Below are positions 45,419 through 49,460 of a DNA stretch of 49,460 nucleotides, piece after piece (the stretch's first letter is position 1; each line of letters begins with the position of its first letter). The translations under genes and the position numbers were made by a program. The notes under the pieces are model-generated. The model was not told the DNA's origin. It saw nothing but the letters and a program-made list of their open reading frames with translations, and did not search any database. Origin of the DNA: Candidatus Fermentibacterota bacterium (GTDB lineage: Bacteria; JAFGKV01); contig JAFGKV010000138.1 in assembly GCA_016928395.1 (NCBI GenBank), forward strand, positions 1-49,460, read 5' to 3'.

Positions 45419-47062
45419 TCAGGGCGCCACAGCGGTCACGCGGTAGAACCTGGGCGCCTCGGGCACGGGAGCCACCCAGGTCGTCGCGTTCAACACGCCG
45501 CTTTCGTCCACCGCGAAACCGTGGTAGGCGTCGCTGGAGGAATAGACCAGATAGCCCGTCGCGCCGGCCACGGGCACCCATGAGAGCACGATTCCCGCCT
45601 CCTGGAACGTTACATTGACATCGTCCAGAGACGGTGCCACGGTGAACCGGAAGAACCCCTCGGGAACGGTCCGCGGCAGAGTCTCGCGGCGGCCCGAGGA
45701 ATCCGCCGCGGCCATGAAGTAGTCTATCGTGGATCCTATGGGCCGGCCCGGGATGGCCGCGACAAACGAGTCCGGCCCCGCTGCCGACATAAGCGGAATC
45801 CACGACCAGGGCCCCTCGTCGACCCGCCAGTAGACCTTGAGTGAATCCGGTATGAGCCCTTCCTCACTGCGGTCGTCGATCATGGCGGTGAGGGGGTAGT
45901 CGGGGGCCTCAAAGATTTCTTCCCCCAGGGGCCTGTGCCAGATCCTCAACATGTGACGATCGAAGATGCCCATGGTGCGGCAGTGGAGGGCATCGTAGTA
46001 GTACCATGCGCTCCAGGGAAAGCCGATGACCTCGTAGCCGGGCATGGCGCCCCGATAGGTCTCCAGGGCCTGGGCGTCTGAAGAGATGCCAAACAGCGGG
46101 ACCAGCACCTTGCGATTCAGGATGAGAGAGTTTGTGTAGGCGGCCGTGGAGTTCCCGGAGTAGGACGCACAGAACACCCGGACTATCCGATACGGCCTCC
46201 CGTAGGGAGACACCAAAGCCGCAAGCTCATCCACCACCTCCTCAATGCAGGTATACTCAGGGTGCCATGATGGCAGCTCCTTGACGAGTATGGTCTCCTC
46301 ATCCAGCAGCTTGGCCCAACAATCGACGTGCTGCAGACCGTTGATGTCGGGGTTGGACACGAAATGGTAGGTAAAAACGCCGAGGTAGTTCGAGGCCAGG
46401 GCTCGAAACTGGACTTCGGTCCACCATATGGCGTTCTCATCCAGCATCTGCTGGGTGGAGAAGGCGGTGCCATGCCCGTCCACCATGACATTGCCTCCGG
46501 TCAGAAAGGCAGGCAGCTCGAAATTCCCGCATCCGAACACTCCGGCGAGTACGGCATTGACCCCATCATCCTCCTCGTACCCCCTCATCCCCTGCCGAGG
46601 GGATTCCTGGAAGTCCCCACAGCCCCGGGTCAGATTATTGCACCCGGGTACCCAGGGATAGCCCGTGAACACAGGATCGACGATGCCCCACTCCCCCGCC
46701 CCATCGAATACCGAATGGGGCCCCCAATCTCTCGTCCAGTGGGAATAGGTATTCGCGTAAATGAAGCGACAATGGTCCAGATTCACGCCCCACGAACCGA
46801 AGGTGGCCCGGGCCTGATTCTCCTGGCTCTCTGTCTCGACGAGGACATACAGGCTGTCGTCACTGGCCAGCTCGACGGCGAGAGTGGAAGGTATGCCCAG
46901 AGGCCAGCGGATGAGTGTGCCCACTGCGGGTTCCCACTCCGCGCACATCCGGGCGGGGGCCACCGGTTGCGCCTCGGCGAAACAGGACACAAGCAGTATC
47001 AGCCCGGCACACTGAAGAGGAGGTGGCCGACGCCATCGCCGAAACAAGGATGAGTCGACCAC
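45419..47062 (-). CDS. Secreted agmatine deiminase / peptidylarginine deiminase (PPAD-family) protein
   Basis: Signal peptide; AEWEP, WTRDWGP, GGN..VDG.G, HVD, YTNSLILN, LHCRT with catalytic Cys; C-terminal Ig-like domains. AGGAGG RBS before GTG 47062. Confidence 0.88.
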   Translation of the reverse strand: MVDSSLFRRWRRPPPLQCAGLILLVSCFAEAQPVAPARMCAEWEPAVGTLIRWPLGIPSTLAVELASDDSLYVLVETESQENQARATFGSWGVNLDHCRFIYANTYSHWTRDWGPHSVFDGAGEWGIVDPVFTGYPWVPGCNNLTRGCGDFQESPRQGMRGYEEDDGVNAVLAGVFGCGNFELPAFLTGGNVMVDGHGTAFSTQQMLDENAIWWTEVQFRALASNYLGVFTYHFVSNPDINGLQHVDCWAKLLDEETILVKELPSWHPEYTCIEEVVDELAALVSPYGRPYRIVRVFCASYSGNSTAAYTNSLILNRKVLVPLFGISSDAQALETYRGAMPGYEVIGFPWSAWYYYDALHCRTMGIFDRHMLRIWHRPLGEEIFEAPDYPLTAMIDDRSEEGLIPDSLKVYWRVDEGPWSWIPLMSAAGPDSFVAAIPGRPIGSTIDYFMAAADSSGRRETLPRTVPEGFFRFTVAPSLDDVNVTFQEAGIVLSWVPVAGATGYLVYSSSDAYHGFAVDESGVLNATTWVAPVPEAPRFYRVTAVAP

Positions 47063-47189
47063 GCACACCTCCTATGGTCCCGGATGGGAGGGTAAGCTCG
47101 CACATGCGACGATACCAAGCGGCACTGCAATGTACGGCCATTACCATCGAAGGCAATGGTTGACGGCGATGACGATCGTCACGAAGCGC

Positions 47190-47217
47190 TTGACGCAACG
47201 GCCTCCGCGTGTAGCCT
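47190..47217 (+). promoter_or_regulatory. Putative sigma70 promoter of the lyase/CoA-transferase pair
   Basis: TTGACG-N16-TAGCCT upstream of the GAGGAG RBS. Confidence 0.4.
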
Positions 47218-47253
47218 ACAAACCTCCACCCGATTTCCCAAGTGAGGAGCAAA

Positions 47254-48171
47254 ATGCCAGAGATCGTCATTCACGAAGTAGGCATGCGCGACGGACTTCA
47301 GATGGAGTCCGGCACCGTACCGTTTGAGACAAAGGTCTCCTGGATTGAGAAACTCATCAAGGCCGGAATCGATATCATCCAAATCGGCTCCTTCGTGCAT
47401 CCAGTCAAGGTGCCCCAAATGGCCGACACGGACAGACTGTTCTCCTATTTCGCGAGTCCCGGGCGCAAACCCGCGAGCGTGGTCCTTTCGGGGCTCGTGT
47501 TGAATGAGAAGGGACTGGAGCGCGGCGAGGCGTGTGGCGTTGAGATGTACTGTATGGGAGTATCCGCCTCAGAAACCCACAGCATGAAGAACACGGGCAT
47601 GTCTTCGGCGGAAGCAACCGACCGCATCATCGCCATGGCGCAGAAGGCCGTGGCCGCGGGCAAGAAGGTGCAGGTTTCCGTGCAGTCCGCCTTCGGATGC
47701 GGATTCGAGGGTCCCATACCGCCCGAGAGAGTGCTGAATATCGTGCAACGCTATCTCGCCGCTGGCCTTCGCACCATCTCCCTGGCCGACACCGCGGGGC
47801 ATGCCAATCCCGACGGAGTGAGATCCCTGTTCAAGAAGATCGTCATGTTCGACCCCGGCGTCGAACTCGCCTGTCATTTCCACAATACCTACGGGCTGGG
47901 CCTGGCCAACTGCCATGTGGCACTGCAGAGCGGGGTTCGCTCGCTGGAGTCTGCGTTCGGAGGATTGGGCGGATGCCCGTTCACCAAGCAACCCTCGGGA
48001 AACGTGTGCACCGAAGACCTTGTCCACTACCTGCAGCGCTCGGGGCAGCGTCCCGACATCGATCTGGCTGACCTCATCGCCTTGGCAAGAGAAGCCGCAG
48101 TCTTCCTGAAGCGAGACCTGCCCGGATACGTCTACAAGGTCGGCCCTCTGAAGGCGGCCGCACCCGTATGA
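47254..48171 (+). CDS. Hydroxymethylglutaryl-CoA lyase family (DRE-TIM) enzyme
   Basis: EVGMRDGLQ, FVHP.KVPQMADT, AFGC.FEG, LADTAG, HFHNTYG, GGLGGCPF, GNVCTEDL. Confidence 0.93.
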   Translation: MPEIVIHEVGMRDGLQMESGTVPFETKVSWIEKLIKAGIDIIQIGSFVHPVKVPQMADTDRLFSYFASPGRKPASVVLSGLVLNEKGLERGEACGVEMYCMGVSASETHSMKNTGMSSAEATDRIIAMAQKAVAAGKKVQVSVQSAFGCGFEGPIPPERVLNIVQRYLAAGLRTISLADTAGHANPDGVRSLFKKIVMFDPGVELACHFHNTYGLGLANCHVALQSGVRSLESAFGGLGGCPFTKQPSGNVCTEDLVHYLQRSGQRPDIDLADLIALAREAAVFLKRDLPGYVYKVGPLKAAAPV

Positions 48172-48181
48172 AGGAGTTCCC

Positions 48182-49378
48182 ATGAAGAAGATCCTGGATG
48201 GAATCCGCGTTCTCGACCTCACCAACGTGCTGTCCGGCCCCTTTTCCACCGCACACCTGGCACTCTTGGGTGCCGAGGTAATAAAGATCGAGAATCCCAA
48301 AGACGGCGACCTGGCGCGGAAGCTGGGCAATGTACCCGCCCTGAACAAGCAACTCATGGGCACGAGCTTCCTGGCCCAGAACGCCAACAAGAAATCCGTC
48401 ACACTGGATCTGAAGTCCGCCGAAGGTAAGGAGGTGTTCCGCAAGCTGGTGGCGACCGCCGATGTCGTGGTCGAGAACTTCCGTCCCGGTGTCATGGAAC
48501 GCTTGGGCTTTGGATACCAGGCCCTCTCAACCAGCAATCCCCGTATCATCTACTGCGCCATTTCGGGCTTCGGCCAGACCGGCCCTGATGCATTCAAACC
48601 CGCATACGATCAGATCATACAGGGCCTGTCTGGGGTCATGGCCGTCAATGGTGACGAGCGTCTCAACCCGCTACGGTGCGGTTTCCCTGTGTGCGATACC
48701 GTGGGTGGCCTGAACGCTGCCTTCGCCATCATGGCGGCTCTCTATCATCGAGAGCACACGGGCGAGGGCCAGATGATCGACATCGCACTTCTGGATTCCA
48801 TCATGCCTCTTATGGGATGGGTGGCGGCCAATCTACTGATCGGTCACCAGCAGCCGGTACTCATGGGCAATGACAATTTCACCGCCGCGCCCTCGGGCAC
48901 CTTCGCCACGGAGGACGGCTGCGTGAATATCGCGGCCAATCAGCAAGTGCAGTGGGAGAATCTGGCCAAGGCTCTTGACGTTCCCGAACTCATCGAGGAT
49001 CCACGCTTCAAGGAGCGCGATACTCGCAAGGCCAACCGGAAGCTCCTTACCCCGCTCCTAGAGGAGAAGCTTACCGAGAAGCCCACGGCCCACTGGGTCA
49101 AGGTCTTGAACGAGATAGGCGTCCCCACCGGGGCGGTCATAGGTTTAGAGGAGGCCCTGATGCAGGAGCAGATCAGACACCGCGGGACGCTGCAGACCCT
49201 TCAGGTCGACGGAATCGGCGAACTGCCGTTCTTCTCGCTCTCGGCCAAGTTCTCCAGGACCCCGGGCCGGCTGGAGGTTGCTCCACCGCGGTTATCGGAG
49301 CACACCGCCGCACTACTCGGGTCATTGGGCTACTCCGAAGGTGATATCGCCGCGCTCAAAGAGAAGGCGGTGATCTAG
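48182..49378 (+). CDS. Family III CoA-transferase (CaiB/BaiF)
   Basis: LDGIRVLDLT.VLSGP, LGAEVIKIE, NANKKSVTLDLK, DVVVENFRPG, ISGFGQTGP, catalytic AYD. Confidence 0.95.
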   Translation: MKKILDGIRVLDLTNVLSGPFSTAHLALLGAEVIKIENPKDGDLARKLGNVPALNKQLMGTSFLAQNANKKSVTLDLKSAEGKEVFRKLVATADVVVENFRPGVMERLGFGYQALSTSNPRIIYCAISGFGQTGPDAFKPAYDQIIQGLSGVMAVNGDERLNPLRCGFPVCDTVGGLNAAFAIMAALYHREHTGEGQMIDIALLDSIMPLMGWVAANLLIGHQQPVLMGNDNFTAAPSGTFATEDGCVNIAANQQVQWENLAKALDVPELIEDPRFKERDTRKANRKLLTPLLEEKLTEKPTAHWVKVLNEIGVPTGAVIGLEEALMQEQIRHRGTLQTLQVDGIGELPFFSLSAKFSRTPGRLEVAPPRLSEHTAALLGSLGYSEGDIAALKEKAVI

Positions 49379-49460
49379 CCTGAGTTTCCGGGTTAGCTGA
49401 TTCTCGATTACCAATAGGGGACGGAAGGCATTGGGCTGCAGGGGGTTTGTGTTTCTGATC

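Noticed and set aside
45402..45803. N-terminal extension of RlmKL in the ORF track
   Set aside because: It overlaps the deiminase gene in another frame; RlmKL homology begins near GTG 45401.

Overview
GC-rich bacterial window with no rRNA, tRNA or CRISPR array that I could recognise. Several secreted proteins carry FlgD-Ig/T9SS-type C-terminal domains, which suggests an FCB-superphylum lineage (inference only). (1) 165-21849, minus strand: a ~21.7 kb co-directional run with mostly overlapping or abutting junctions. It encodes a 5'-nucleotidase, PepD, a permuted papain-like amidase, a divergent PNPase, a TPR protein, a ROK kinase, five glycosyltransferase genes (one fused to a methyltransferase), a CBM20 + alpha/beta-hydrolase protein with an apparently dead active site, a HAMP membrane protein with no output domain, and a partial type II secretion/pseudopilus cluster (I,J,K,L,M,C,D-like) that lacks the ATPase, platform and major pilin genes. 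(2) 22.3-28.4 kb: an uncharacterised P-loop protein, IF-1 with an N-terminal extension, a HEAT-repeat protein, a FadL/PorV-like beta-barrel, a Pro-rich coiled-coil protein and a four-CBS protein. (3) 28.6-40.4 kb: three large secreted FG-GAP proteins, one of them an S8 protease, around an ECF sigma factor with a Cys-rich tail. (4) 40.4-49.4 kb: a Zn-finger membrane protein, a B12-dependent radical SAM enzyme, RlmKL with altered motifs, a secreted agmatine/peptidylarginine deiminase, and an HMG-CoA-lyase-family gene plus a family III CoA-transferase. All calls come from reading motifs by eye; no searches were run. Many start codons were moved from the ORF track using RBS position and domain boundaries.
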